A DNA stretch of 64,000 nucleotides from an uncultured bacterium (GCA_964434115.1 CAYSSX010000002.1:201680-265679), one strand, 5' to 3'; shown: positions 19,065 through 28,927, numbered from the stretch's first letter. The notes: generated by a model not told the origin, from the sequence alone. Numbers and translations: made by a program.

Positions 19065-19113
19065 GCTTCCGCGTTAGCCGGTTTTGACGGCTCATTTAAG
19101 AATCTGCGAAATC

Positions 19114-19147
19114 AAAACCCCGGCGGGTTTCTCCGCCGGGGTTTCTT
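19114..19147 (+). terminator. rho-independent terminator (9-bp GC stem CCCCGGCGG/CCGCCGGGG, then TTTCTT)
   Basis: aaaaCCCCGGCGGgtttctCCGCCGGGGtttctt; A-tract upstream suggests bidirectional function. Confidence 0.75.
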
Positions 19148-19160
19148 ATCCTCTAAGCCT

Positions 19161-20036
19161 ATGAAAAGTTTGACAGTTCTAAGCCCTGCCAAGGTCAATC
19201 TGTCCCTTCACGTCACGGGGCGATACCCGAACGGATATCATGAGTTATTGACGGTTTTTCACAGAATATCACTGCTCGATAAAATCCGCTTAACTCGCAC
19301 AAAAACCGGTGTCTCCCTCCGAACCAATTGGCCCGGGCTTCCAACCGATGAGCGGAACCTGATTACCAAAGCCTACAGAATGATTCAAGAACGCTTCCCA
19401 GACTTGGGGGGTGTTCATGTTGATTTGCATAAAAAAATCCCTGTAGGCGCCGGACTCGGGGGGGGGTCCAGCAATGCCGCTTTTTTTCTCTTGGCGATGA
19501 ACCGTCTTTATAAATTGGGGCTTTCCAGGCGTCAATTGGTGCTTTTGGGAAAGCGCCTGGGAGCTGACGTCCCCTTTTTTCTTTATGATACGAATAGGGC
19601 CATTGGGGAGGGGCGTGGAGATAAGATTCAGCCAAGGCCTCTAAAGCGGTCGTGGAATTTTGTGTTAGTTATTGACAGTAAAGGACTTAGCACAAAAGAG
19701 GTGTTTGAGAAATACCGCCTGGAACCACCGTCCGATTCCTTGACAAAGCCTAAGCGCACCGCTAGAATGCTCTGCACTTTTTTAGACCGGGGAAACCCTT
19801 CCGCGCTTATTCCATTGCTTCATAATGATTTGGAAAAACCGGCCTTTTCCCTTCGGCAGGAAATTCGGAAAAAAATTCAGAAGCTTCACAAGGCGGGTTT
19901 TTCCTGTGTTCGTATGTCAGGAAGCGGCCCGACTATTTTTATTTTACTGCCCATGAGTGATTCCTTGGAATCTGCGGTTCGCCGGGTGAAAAAACTTTTA
20001 CCTTCGGCTCGTGTTGAGGGTGTTAAGACCTTCTGA
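19161..20036 (+). CDS. ispE: 4-diphosphocytidyl-2-C-methyl-D-erythritol kinase
   Basis: SPAKVNLSLHVTGRYPNGYHEL, GHMP kinase motif PVGAGLGGGSSNAA. Confidence 0.9.
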   Translation: MKSLTVLSPAKVNLSLHVTGRYPNGYHELLTVFHRISLLDKIRLTRTKTGVSLRTNWPGLPTDERNLITKAYRMIQERFPDLGGVHVDLHKKIPVGAGLGGGSSNAAFFLLAMNRLYKLGLSRRQLVLLGKRLGADVPFFLYDTNRAIGEGRGDKIQPRPLKRSWNFVLVIDSKGLSTKEVFEKYRLEPPSDSLTKPKRTARMLCTFLDRGNPSALIPLLHNDLEKPAFSLRQEIRKKIQKLHKAGFSCVRMSGSGPTIFILLPMSDSLESAVRRVKKLLPSARVEGVKTF

Positions 20037-20145
20037 AATTGAAAGCCTCAGGCATAAAGCCCGCGACAATTTCAATTAAGATCGAAACAGGTCGGAAATA
20101 CTGCAAGGCAGCTATTGCGGTTTTTTACGGGATGACGTGTTTGAT

Positions 20146-20216
20146 TGCCCGATGGTGAAATGGTATCACACTGCCCTTTGGAGGCATGATTCCTGGTTCG
20201 AGTCCAGGTCGGGCAG
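20146..20216 (+). tRNA. tRNA-Gln (anticodon UUG)
   Basis: Hand-folded cloverleaf: acceptor TGCCCGA/TCGGGCA, D-stem GTGA/TCAC, anticodon loop cTTTGGa, T-arm CCTGG-TTCGAGT-CCAGG, discriminator G, no encoded CCA. Confidence 0.8.
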
Positions 20217-20255
20217 TTTTTAGCCTGAAAAATACGGTTCAAAAAGGAATTCGTA

Positions 20256-21521
20256 ATGAACAGCACCAACTCAGAGAGATGTTCGTTTTGCGGCAGGGAC
20301 AAGCGTAAAGATGTCCGGAAAATCTTTGCGGGTCCCGGTGTGTACATTTGCGATATCTGCATCAAGATTTGCAGCGATATCTTAGACAAGGATCAAACGC
20401 GGGCCGCGAAGCCTGTCGATAACCTTGCGGCTCGTCTTGTGGTTCCTAAGCCCCGCGAGATCAAAGAAAAATTGGATCAATACATTATTGGACAGGAATC
20501 CGCAAAAAAGCAGATCTCTGTGAGTGTTCACGCGCACTATAAACGCGTGAAGCAGCTCGTTGGGCAGTCTCCGGATGATGTTGAACTGGAAAAAAGCAAT
20601 ATTTTGATGATTGGACCCACAGGCTCCGGAAAGACATTGATGGCCCGGACCCTTGCGAAGCTTTTGGATGTTCCTATCGCGATTGCGGACGCGACTTCTC
20701 TCACGGAAGCCGGGTATGTCGGAGAAGATGTGGAGAATGTCCTTCTCCGTTTGCTTCAGGCGGCCAACTTTGATGTTAAGCGCGCGGAGCTCGGGATTGT
20801 TTATATCGATGAAATTGACAAGATTGCCCGCACAACCGAAAACGTTTCTATTACGCGCGACGTTTCAGGCGAAGGCGTTCAACAGGCCCTTCTGAAAATT
20901 TTGGAAGGCACCATTGCCAATGTGCCGCCGCAGGGAGGCCGTAAGCATCCCCAGCAGGAATATATTCAGATTAACACGAAAAATATTCTGTTTATCTGCG
21001 GAGGCACCTTTGCGCATCTGGACTCTATTATCCGTAAGAGGACGTCTAAAAAGTCGCTTGGTTTTGGAGCGATGGCTGCCAAAGACTCCGAAGAGCTCTC
21101 TTTAGGTGAAGTTTTGGCTATGGTTGAGACTGAAGATCTGTTGAAGTTCGGGCTCATTCCGGAATTCATTGGACGTTTTCCGGTTTTGACGACGCTGCAT
21201 GGGTTGAGCGAAGAAGATTTGATCCGTGTTCTGACAGAGCCTAAGAATGCGCTGACGAAGCAATATGAAAAGCTTTTCCGCATGGAGAATGTGGAGCTTC
21301 GGTTTGAACCGGATGCTCTCCGCGAAGTGGCAAAGCGGGCCCTCCGTAAAGGAACGGGTGCCCGTGCGCTCCGCTCGGTTCTGGAAGGTGTCATGATGGA
21401 TGTTATGTATGATGTGCCGTCTGATGCGAGCATTGCGGAATGCATCGTGACGCGCGAAGCGATTGAAGGCAAGGCCCAGCCTAAGCTGGTCCGCCACAGT
21501 CAATGGGTTGAATCCGCGTAA
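20256..21521 (+). CDS. clpX: ATP-dependent Clp protease ATP-binding subunit ClpX
   Basis: N-terminal C4 zinc finger CSFCG...CDIC, Walker [13 protein letters not shown] pore loop; no clpP adjacent. Confidence 0.95.
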   Translation: MNSTNSERCSFCGRDKRKDVRKIFAGPGVYICDICIKICSDILDKDQTRAAKPVDNLAARLVVPKPREIKEKLDQYIIGQESAKKQISVSVHAHYKRVKQLVGQSPDDVELEKSNILMIGPTGSGKTLMARTLAKLLDVPIAIADATSLTEAGYVGEDVENVLLRLLQAANFDVKRAELGIVYIDEIDKIARTTENVSITRDVSGEGVQQALLKILEGTIANVPPQGGRKHPQQEYIQINTKNILFICGGTFAHLDSIIRKRTSKKSLGFGAMAAKDSEELSLGEVLAMVETEDLLKFGLIPEFIGRFPVLTTLHGLSEEDLIRVLTEPKNALTKQYEKLFRMENVELRFEPDALREVAKRALRKGTGARALRSVLEGVMMDVMYDVPSDASIAECIVTREAIEGKAQPKLVRHSQWVESA

Positions 21522-21558
21522 GTTTTGCAAAGAGCAGGAGGATGTTTCCTTGAAGCCG

Positions 21559-22455
21559 ATGAAGAACTCAACAAAAGAAGCCTTGGCGGGATATGGGTTT
21601 TTAACCCCGAATCTCCTCGGTTTTTTGATTTTCACGTCGATTCCTGTCGTTGCATCGATGGTTCTTAGCTTTGTGGATTGGGATCTTCTGTCTGAACCCC
21701 GGTTTGTCGGATTTGATAATTTCATTGCGCTCTTTAAGGACCCGTTTTTTTGGCAGTATTCATGGAACACGATTTACTTGATGCTGGCGATTCCGCTGAG
21801 TATGGCGGGATCATTGATTCTTGCTATCGGCATGAATCAAAAACTGAAAGGCATTATTTTTTTCAGAACCGTGTATTTTCTTCCGACGCTGTGTGCCGGT
21901 GTTGCGATTTACATGCTGTGGCGTTTGATTTATAACCCTGAATTTGGTGTTCTGAATTCTTTTATCGCGAAGGTTGGAGAGATTCTCCACATTCCACTGA
22001 AAGGTCCGTACTGGCTTACGGATGAGAAGTGGGCGAAGCCGGCGCTCGTAATCATGAGTGTCTGGCAGTCCGTGGGCGGTTATAACATGATTCTCTATTT
22101 AGCGGCGCTGCAAGGTGTGCCGCGTGATTTGTACGATGCGGCCGAAGTCGATGGCGCGAATGCCTGGCAAAAATTTTGGGCCGTGACTTGGCCGCAGATT
22201 TCCCCGGCCACTTTTTTTATTGCGATTATGAGCATCATTGGCGGTTTTCAGGCTGGCTTTGATCCTGCCTACATCATGACGGGTGGCGGGCCGAACGGTT
22301 CGACCACGACGATTATTTATTACATTTACAACAACGCTTTTGAGTGGCACAAAATGGGTTACGCGGCATCGATTGCTTGGGTGCTATTTATTATTGTTTT
22401 TATTTTCACCGTCCTGCAGTGGCGCTTTTTTGGCCGGCGGGTTTACTACTATTAA
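21559..22455 (+). CDS. ABC transporter permease (carbohydrate-type, MalF/UgpA-like)
   Basis: 6-TM protein with EAA-like loop (DAAEVDGANAWQKFWAVTWPQI); start uncertain (ATG 21559, or in-frame TTG 21550 10 nt after an AGGAGG). Confidence 0.8.
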   Translation: MKNSTKEALAGYGFLTPNLLGFLIFTSIPVVASMVLSFVDWDLLSEPRFVGFDNFIALFKDPFFWQYSWNTIYLMLAIPLSMAGSLILAIGMNQKLKGIIFFRTVYFLPTLCAGVAIYMLWRLIYNPEFGVLNSFIAKVGEILHIPLKGPYWLTDEKWAKPALVIMSVWQSVGGYNMILYLAALQGVPRDLYDAAEVDGANAWQKFWAVTWPQISPATFFIAIMSIIGGFQAGFDPAYIMTGGGPNGSTTTIIYYIYNNAFEWHKMGYAASIAWVLFIIVFIFTVLQWRFFGRRVYYY

Positions 22456-22462
22456 GGAACCC

Positions 22463-23404
22463 ATGAGCATCTTGAGCGAAAGTACGGAAGCCATGAAAAA
22501 GCAGGAAGCGTCTAACGGGACTAAACCTCTTGTGGGGCTTACGCTTGAAGTTATGAAAAAGCGGAAGTTTCAGCGTGAGATGATCGGCAAGACGTTTTCT
22601 TATATAGTTCTTTTGATCGGCGCCATCGCGATGGTGGGTCCTTTTCTTTGGATGGTTACGACATCGCTTAAAGAGCCAAGCCAGGTTTTTTCATTTCAGA
22701 AAAACTGGTGGGAAGAGTGGATTCCTACGACATTTGTCTGGCAGAACTATCTCAAGCCGTGGGAAGCAGTGCCCTTTGCCCGGTTTTATCTGAATTCTAT
22801 TTTTATCGCGGTGTGTGTAACCGCTGCGCAGGTAGGAACAAGCTCCATGGCAGCCTATGCGTTTGCGCGTCTTAATTTCCCGGGCCGCGACAAGATTTTC
22901 TTTGGTTACCTGGCAACCATGATGGTTCCTGGCGCCGTGACGATGATCCCGGTTTTTATTTTGCTTCGCTATCTCGGATGGGTTGACAGCTACAAGGCCT
23001 TGATTCTGCCCGCAGCTTTTACTGCGTATGGAACATTCATGCTGAGGCAGTTTTTCCTGACGCTTCCCAAGGACCTTGAAGATGCTGCGAAGATTGACGG
23101 CTGCTCGTATGTGGGCATTTTTTGGAGAATCATTTTGCCGCTTTCCAAGCCGGCGCTTGCGACGCTCACGACTTTTACTTTTATGGGGACATGGATGAAT
23201 TTTATGTGGCCTTTGATTGTTCTCAATACGCACGAAAAATTCACTCTGCCCGTCGGACTTGCATACTTTCAGAGCTTGCATCACACCGATTGGACGCTGT
23301 TGATGGCGGCATCCGTGATGATGATTCTCCCTATTTTGCTGGTGTTTATTTTTAATCAGCGGTTCTTTGTCGAAGGTATCAAGCTTACAGGGATCAAGGG
23401 ATAG
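22463..23404 (+). CDS. ABC transporter permease (carbohydrate-type, MalG/UgpE-like)
   Basis: EAA loop AAKIDGCSYVGIFWRIILPLSKPAL; start moved to Met at 22463 (RBS AAGGAA) just after the upstream permease stop. Confidence 0.8.
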   Translation: MSILSESTEAMKKQEASNGTKPLVGLTLEVMKKRKFQREMIGKTFSYIVLLIGAIAMVGPFLWMVTTSLKEPSQVFSFQKNWWEEWIPTTFVWQNYLKPWEAVPFARFYLNSIFIAVCVTAAQVGTSSMAAYAFARLNFPGRDKIFFGYLATMMVPGAVTMIPVFILLRYLGWVDSYKALILPAAFTAYGTFMLRQFFLTLPKDLEDAAKIDGCSYVGIFWRIILPLSKPALATLTTFTFMGTWMNFMWPLIVLNTHEKFTLPVGLAYFQSLHHTDWTLLMAASVMMILPILLVFIFNQRFFVEGIKLTGIKG

Positions 23405-23411
23405 CGCATCC

Positions 23412-24665
23412 ATGCAGGCTATTGTTCTCGCTGCCGGTAAGGGCACGCGGATGAAATCAGAAAAGCCCAAAGTGCTCCACGAAGCGCTTGGACGTCCTAT
23501 TCTTGATTATGTGCTTCGCAATTTGGAGTCCGTTGGGATCCGCAGGCCAGTGGTTGTCGTGGGCGCCGGTGCTGATCAGGTCAAAGCGTTCCTTGGTAAA
23601 CGTGCCGTGACGGCTCTTCAGGCGCAGCAGCATGGAACAGGGCATGCGGTTTTGATGGCTCAGAAAGCATTGGCGGGTTATTCCGGCGATGTCATTATCT
23701 GGCCTGGAGACATGCCGCTTGTGAAGCTTGAAACCTTAAAAGCGTTTTTGCGAGGCCATCGCAAATCAGGCGCGGCCGTTAGTGTTTTGTCGGCGATGCG
23801 GGACAATCCGGCAAGTTATGGACGAATTCTCAGGCGGAACGGCCGGTTTTGCGGCATTCGCGAAGAGCTAGATGCCACCGAAGAAGAACGCCGGATTTGT
23901 GAAGTCAATACCGGTGTTTATCTCTTTGATAAAAAGAAACTCTTTGAAGCGCTAAAGAGGGTTCGTCCGCAGAACAAGAAAAAAGAAATTTACCTGACGG
24001 ACACGATTGAGATCCTTGCCGAAGAAGGCGAAAAGCTAGAAGCCTTTCCTCTCGCGGATTCCAGTGAGGGGCAGGGAGTGAACTCCCGCGTTGACTTGGC
24101 GGAAGTGGTCGAGTGCCTCAATCGGCGGAACATCCGGCGCCATCAGGAAAACGGCGTGATGTTTGTGAAGCCTGAGCAAAGCGTTGTGGCTGCGGATGTG
24201 AAAATTGGCAAGGATACTGTGGTGTATCCGTGGTGCTACATTGAGGGCGATGTCAAGATCGGGGAAGGCTGTCAAATCGGGCCTTTTGCTAAGATACGCT
24301 CCGGAACCGTGATTGGAGACGGGTCGATTGTTGGAAGTTTTGTTGAGGTGAATCGTTCCCGGCTTGGCAAGAAAGTTTCCGCGAAACACCTTTCTTATTT
24401 GGGTGACGCCCTGATTGGCGATGAAACCAATATTGGCGCGGGAACGATAACGGCAAACTATGATGGGAAAAGTAAACATCAAACCCGTATTGGAAAAAAA
24501 GTATTAGTGGGGTCGGATACGATTTTCGTGGCACCTGTTGTTGTTTCTGATTTAGCACGTACTGGTGCCGGCGCTGTCCTCACGGCTGGAAGCGTAGTTA
24601 AAAAAGGACAAGTGGCAGTGGGTGTTCCGGCAAAAACGTTGAACCGTGGAAAGGCAAAACCGTGA
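23412..24665 (+). CDS. glmU: bifunctional UDP-N-acetylglucosamine pyrophosphorylase / GlcN-1-P acetyltransferase
   Basis: N-terminal nucleotidyltransferase LAAGKGTRM; C-terminal left-handed beta-helix hexapeptide repeats; glmU-prs synteny. Confidence 0.88.
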   Translation: MQAIVLAAGKGTRMKSEKPKVLHEALGRPILDYVLRNLESVGIRRPVVVVGAGADQVKAFLGKRAVTALQAQQHGTGHAVLMAQKALAGYSGDVIIWPGDMPLVKLETLKAFLRGHRKSGAAVSVLSAMRDNPASYGRILRRNGRFCGIREELDATEEERRICEVNTGVYLFDKKKLFEALKRVRPQNKKKEIYLTDTIEILAEEGEKLEAFPLADSSEGQGVNSRVDLAEVVECLNRRNIRRHQENGVMFVKPEQSVVAADVKIGKDTVVYPWCYIEGDVKIGEGCQIGPFAKIRSGTVIGDGSIVGSFVEVNRSRLGKKVSAKHLSYLGDALIGDETNIGAGTITANYDGKSKHQTRIGKKVLVGSDTIFVAPVVVSDLARTGAGAVLTAGSVVKKGQVAVGVPAKTLNRGKAKP

Positions 24666-24697
24666 CTCGCGAAACCTTAGAACTGGGGGAGCAGACC

Positions 24698-25681
24698 ATG
24701 CTTCAAAGTATGACCAAACACAAATGTGATGACACGCTGGTCATTTTGGGCGGAAATTCCAATCCGGGCCTTACGGCGGAAATTTCAGATCTTCTCGGAA
24801 CGCATCCTGCGGATGTTCTTTGCGGACGTTTTCCGGAAGGGGAAATCCAGGTTCAGATTCGCGACAACATCCGCGGCAAAGATGTTTTTATTCTTCAATC
24901 CACCTGCACCCCTGCTAATGACAACCTGATGGAGCTGTTGATTTTGATTGATGCAGCTAAGCGTGCATCTGCCAAGCGTGTGACCGCCGTGCTGCCTTTT
25001 TTTGGGTATGCACGCCAAGACCGCAAAGACCGTCCCCGCGTGCCGATTACGGCGAAGCTGGTAGCTAACATTATTACAAAAGCCGGGGCCGACAGGATTT
25101 TGACGATGGATCTTCACGCCGGGCAGATTCAAGGTTTTTTTGATATTCCCGTGGATCATTTGTACTCAATTAACGTGGTTACGGAGTATTTGCGTAAAAA
25201 GAAGCTGGAAAATCTGGTTCTTGTATCGCCGGACATCGGCGGTATTCGGATGGCGCGTGCGTACGCGAACATCCTTGGCTGTCCCCTTGCGATTGTCGAC
25301 AAGCGGCGCGAGGACGCCACTAAAACTCATGTGATGCACCTCATTGGTTCTGTTGAAGGGCGCAATGTGGTAATTACTGACGACTTGGTTTCTACGGGAG
25401 GATCGCTCGTAGAAGCTGCCCGCGCGCTTAAGAAAGCCGGCGCTTTGGATGTTTATGCGGCCGTTGTTCACCCGATTCTGGCGGGGCCCGCCATTGAAAG
25501 GCTTCAAAGCTCCGATCTCAAAGAGCTTATTGTTACAAATTCAATTCCGCTTGATGAGCGCAAAAGGATTCCTGTGATCCATCAGCTTTCTGTGGCAGGG
25601 CTCCTTGCGGAAGCGATTCATCGTATTCACCACAACGAGTCGGTCAGCGCACTTTTCTCCAAAGCAGGAGTTGAGGCGTAG
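24698..25681 (+). CDS. prs: ribose-phosphate pyrophosphokinase
   Basis: RFPEGEIQVQIRDNIRGKDVFILQSTC, PRPP-binding site DDLVSTGGS; start set at ATG 24698 with GGGGGA RBS. Confidence 0.92.
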   Translation: MLQSMTKHKCDDTLVILGGNSNPGLTAEISDLLGTHPADVLCGRFPEGEIQVQIRDNIRGKDVFILQSTCTPANDNLMELLILIDAAKRASAKRVTAVLPFFGYARQDRKDRPRVPITAKLVANIITKAGADRILTMDLHAGQIQGFFDIPVDHLYSINVVTEYLRKKKLENLVLVSPDIGGIRMARAYANILGCPLAIVDKRREDATKTHVMHLIGSVEGRNVVITDDLVSTGGSLVEAARALKKAGALDVYAAVVHPILAGPAIERLQSSDLKELIVTNSIPLDERKRIPVIHQLSVAGLLAEAIHRIHHNESVSALFSKAGVEA

Positions 25682-25726
25682 CGTTTCCCGAAAAAATTTA
25701 AAGTGATTTCTTAGGAGGATTTAAAA

Positions 25727-26404
25727 ATGCAGACATTTGATCTTGGAGTGAAACTCAGAAAAAAAGTAGGCGGCCGCAATGGAGGCCGTCTTCGCCGCGA
25801 AGGTTCTGTGCCGGCGATTGTTTACGGACACGGTATGGAGCCTGTTCCTGTTGAGGTGAATGCGCGCAACTTGCAGCAGGCACTCAACACAAAAGCAGGT
25901 GAAAACGTGATTGTGAAGCTGAATGCGGAAGGCGTGACATTAAAAGAGTCCACCTGTCTCATTAAGCAGATTCAGCACAACCCTGTGACCGATACGATTC
26001 AGCATGTTGATTTTACGGTTGTGTCTCTGACGGAGAAAATTGAAATCGAAGTGCCTATTGTCGTCAAGAATGCTGACGAAGCTGCTGGTGTTAAAGCGGG
26101 CGGTGTTCTCGATGTGGTTCACCACGAGGTGACCGTGAGCTGTCTGCCGACGCAGATTCCGGAAGCGATTACTGTTGATGTGAAAACGCTTCAGATGGGG
26201 CAGTCCATTCATGCGAAGGAACTGGTTGTTCCTCAAGGCGTCGAGCTTCTTGTGGAGCCTGAAGAGGTTATTATTGCTCTCCATCATCCGAGAGACGAGG
26301 AAGCTCCGGCCGCAGCGGGTGAAGAAGCCGCAGCTGCACCTGAAGTTATTGAAAAAGGCAAGAAGCCGGAAGAAGGCGAAGAAGCTCCGGCGAAAAAGGC
26401 CTAA
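25727..26404 (+). CDS. rplY: 50S ribosomal protein L25 / general stress protein Ctc, with acidic Ala/Glu/Pro-rich C-terminal tail
   Basis: MQTFDLGVKLRKKVGGRNGGRLRREGSVPAIVYGHG canonical L25 N-terminus; glmU-prs-ctc-pth order as in Bacillus. Confidence 0.9.
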   Translation: MQTFDLGVKLRKKVGGRNGGRLRREGSVPAIVYGHGMEPVPVEVNARNLQQALNTKAGENVIVKLNAEGVTLKESTCLIKQIQHNPVTDTIQHVDFTVVSLTEKIEIEVPIVVKNADEAAGVKAGGVLDVVHHEVTVSCLPTQIPEAITVDVKTLQMGQSIHAKELVVPQGVELLVEPEEVIIALHHPRDEEAPAAAGEEAAAAPEVIEKGKKPEEGEEAPAKKA

Positions 26405-26441
26405 CTTGTTTTCTTTTTAAGCGCCTGGCAGGCCGCCGCCC

Positions 26442-27029
26442 ATGAAACTTATTATTGGTCTGGGAAATCCAGGAAGTACCTATCGTTTCACGCGGCATAA
26501 TGCAGGCCGGATGCTTATCGATTTTCTTGTCCGGCAGCTAGAGGCTGGCGGCCCCATTGTAAAAAAAAAGCTCAAAGCCACAGTTTTTCAGCTGGAACTT
26601 GATGGACAGGAAGTGGTTTTAGCTTGGCCGGATCTTTATATGAATGTGTCCGGTGAAGCTGTTGCAAGACTTGTGGAAGCTTTTTCGGTAAAGGCTCATG
26701 AAGACCTCTTGGTGCTAGTGGATGACTTGGCATTGCCTTTCGGCAAACTTCGGCTAAGGCTTCGCGGCTCAGACGGCGGACATAACGGTTTGAAATCAAT
26801 TCAAACCTGCTTGAATTCCTCCCAATACGCTCGCCTGCGTTTTGGCATCGGTCACCCGAAAGATTTTCAAGAAAAAGAGCTTCGTAATCAATCTGTTGAG
26901 GATTACGTGCTTTCCCCTTTCGGCTCCGAGGAAAGAAAAGCCCTGGAGAGTTTATTTAAAAAAGGGGAGCTTGCGGTGCGTTTTTGGATTCGAGGCGAAA
27001 TTACAAAGGCCTCAAATTCCCTAACCTAA
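26442..27029 (+). CDS. pth: peptidyl-tRNA hydrolase
   Basis: MKLIIGLGNPGSTYRFTRHNAG with catalytic His; 195 aa. Confidence 0.93.
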   Translation: MKLIIGLGNPGSTYRFTRHNAGRMLIDFLVRQLEAGGPIVKKKLKATVFQLELDGQEVVLAWPDLYMNVSGEAVARLVEAFSVKAHEDLLVLVDDLALPFGKLRLRLRGSDGGHNGLKSIQTCLNSSQYARLRFGIGHPKDFQEKELRNQSVEDYVLSPFGSEERKALESLFKKGELAVRFWIRGEITKASNSLT

Positions 27030-27062
27030 TGTTTTGAAAAGAGTTAGAGAAAAAAACAGCGC

Positions 27063-27090
27063 TTGCCTATGAAGTTTTTTGTGATACAAT
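27063..27090 (+). promoter_or_regulatory. candidate promoter for the rpsF-ssb-rpsR-rplI-dnaB operon (TTGCCT-16-TGaTACAAT, extended -10)
   Basis: ttgcctATGAAGTTTTTTGTGAtacaat read directly; ~50 nt upstream of rpsF. Confidence 0.5.
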
Positions 27091-27139
27091 ACACGTTCCT
27101 AAAACTCAAGACGACTGCCCCTTCAAGGAGAAAAGCAGC

Positions 27140-27505
27140 ATGAAATCGTACGAAGGTATTTTTGTATTTCCGCCCACGGCGACGCCGGATGAGCGCAAAG
27201 CGCAGGATAAGGCGATTGATGCCCTTATTGAAAAATTTAAGGGTAAGGTCAATCAGAGAGCGGAATGGGGAAAACGGTCCCTCGGTTACACTATTAAGCG
27301 TTTTCGTGAAGGACTTTTCTCTTTCGTGGAATTTGATATGGCCCCGGATGGCGTTTCTGATTTCCGTAAATCCCTGGAAGTCCACCCCGATGTTCTGAAG
27401 TATATGGTTACCATTAAGGATCCTAAAATTGGAAAAGTTGCTCCCCGCAAGAATGCGAAAAAAGCTGAGGATCCAGCAGCTCAGCCGGTAGCAGTTAAAA
27501 GCTAA
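27140..27505 (+). CDS. rpsF: 30S ribosomal protein S6
   Basis: MKSYEGIFVFPPTATPDE...WGKRSLGYTIKRFREG. Confidence 0.92.
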   Translation: MKSYEGIFVFPPTATPDERKAQDKAIDALIEKFKGKVNQRAEWGKRSLGYTIKRFREGLFSFVEFDMAPDGVSDFRKSLEVHPDVLKYMVTIKDPKIGKVAPRKNAKKAEDPAAQPVAVKS

Positions 27506-27523
27506 TAAAAACGAGAGAGCTTT

Positions 27524-27988
27524 ATGGCTGTCAGTCTTAACAAAGTCTTATTGATGGGGAATCTGACGCGTGATCCCGAGCTTCGTTACCTTCCCTCGGG
27601 ACAGCCGGTGACGACCTTTACGATTGCTGTGAATCGTAACTACGTTGCTCAATCGGGTGAAAAAAAAGAAGAAGTCAGTTTTATACGTGTTGTTGTTTGG
27701 GCTCGTCGCGCGGAAGTTTGTAATGAGTACCTTCGCAAGGGAAGCCCTGTTTTTGTGGAAGGCCGTCTTCAAAGCCGCAGCTGGGAGGCGCAAGACGGTA
27801 GCAAACGTTCGACGCTTGAGGTTGTGGCGCAGAACGTTCAGTTTCTTTCCCGCTCCAAGGGGACGGAAGGCGGTGCGCCTGATGCTGATGACGGGGTTTT
27901 TGAAGAGTCTGAAGCGCCGTCGAGTTCCAAGGGTTCGGCAGCCGTTTCCAATGCCGACCTTCAGCCGGATGACGAGATTCCCTTCTAA
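27524..27988 (+). CDS. ssb: single-stranded DNA-binding protein
   Basis: OB fold N-terminus VLLMGNLTRDPELRY; acidic C-terminal tail ending DDEIPF. Confidence 0.95.
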   Translation: MAVSLNKVLLMGNLTRDPELRYLPSGQPVTTFTIAVNRNYVAQSGEKKEEVSFIRVVVWARRAEVCNEYLRKGSPVFVEGRLQSRSWEAQDGSKRSTLEVVAQNVQFLSRSKGTEGGAPDADDGVFEESEAPSSSKGSAAVSNADLQPDDEIPF

Positions 27989-28097
27989 GGTTTTTGTCAG
28001 ATCCCAAGAATTTGCAATCCCTTGTTTCCTAAATTCAGGAAACGGGTTCGTGAAATCGAAGCATTAAATACAAGATAAGGTTCAAAGGAGTTTTAGC

Positions 28098-28439
28098 ATG
28101 CGTATGACACCCCGTAATGACAGGGAAGACCGTGGCGAGAGGGGCTCTTCAGAGCGCGGACCGCGTAGAGCTGGCCCTGGCGGCGAAGGACGTAGAGGCG
28201 GACCCCGTTCCAAAGGAACCGCTTTTCGCAAAAAGCAGAACCGTTTTAACATGGTTTTTATTCCCGGCCAGCTTACCGTGGATTATAAAGATACCGACAA
28301 GCTGACACGTTTCCTTACGGAAAAAGGGAAAATTATTCCCCGTCGTATTACCGGTCTGACAGCCAGGCAGCAGCGTCTTCTTGCGCGCGCCATCAAAAAG
28401 GCTCGCCACTCCGGGCTTATCGCGTTCCAGGCCGAATAG
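28098..28439 (+). CDS. rpsR: 30S ribosomal protein S18 with ~45-aa Arg/Gly-rich N-terminal extension
   Basis: Core [29 protein letters not shown]; N-terminal [35 protein letters not shown]. Confidence 0.9.
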   Translation: MRMTPRNDREDRGERGSSERGPRRAGPGGEGRRGGPRSKGTAFRKKQNRFNMVFIPGQLTVDYKDTDKLTRFLTEKGKIIPRRITGLTARQQRLLARAIKKARHSGLIAFQAE

Positions 28440-28480
28440 GCTCTCTGGACCCCAAATTTAAGGTTAGGAGTATTACTGTT

Positions 28481-28927
28481 ATGGAATTGATTCTCTTGCA
28501 AGATGTCGAAAAAGTGGGCCGTAAAGGCGATGTGATCCGTGTTCGAGACGGGTTTGGCCGTAATTTTCTTTTACCGCAGAATCTCGCTCTTGTCGCGTCC
28601 CGTGAGAACCGTAAGTTTGTTGATGATCTGAAAGCGCGCGCCGCTAAACGCCGCGCGGCTGAAAAAGCTGAAGCGGAAACGGCTGCAAAAAAACTTCAGG
28701 GCGTGAAAGTGACGTTGGAGCGGGCTGTTGGCGATCAGGATAAACTTTATGGATCAGTCACCGCTGAAGATGTTCGCGAAGCGCTTGAAGCACAAAAGCA
28801 TGTGTTTGATAAGAAGCAGATTCATTTGAAAGAACCAATTCGTTCTCTGGGTGTCCATCCTGTGACCGTCGAACTTTACCCGCAGGTGAAGGTGACTGTG
28901 TCCGTTGAGGTTGTTTCAAAATCCTGA
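28481..28927 (+). CDS. rplI: 50S ribosomal protein L9
   Basis: MELILLQDVEKVGRKGDVIRVRDGFGRNFLLPQNLAL. Confidence 0.93.
   Translation: MELILLQDVEKVGRKGDVIRVRDGFGRNFLLPQNLALVASRENRKFVDDLKARAAKRRAAEKAEAETAAKKLQGVKVTLERAVGDQDKLYGSVTAEDVREALEAQKHVFDKKQIHLKEPIRSLGVHPVTVELYPQVKVTVSVEVVSKS

Noticed and set aside
18211-19095. 294-aa ORF on the minus strand overlapping hisG and the bS22-like ORF
   Set aside because: Antisense to a well-conserved hisG reading frame. Low-complexity Ser/Ala-rich translation with no motifs. Typical shadow ORF.
20036-20130. Possible ispE terminator (AATTGAAA…TTTCAATT inverted repeat; a 4-bp stem followed by T6 at 20121..20126)
   Set aside because: The stems are short and AT-rich, or only 4 bp. 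Too weak to call a terminator confidently.
22691-23470. 259-aa minus-strand ORF inside the second ABC permease gene
   Set aside because: Antisense to a conserved permease with an EAA loop. His/Arg-rich nonsense-like translation.
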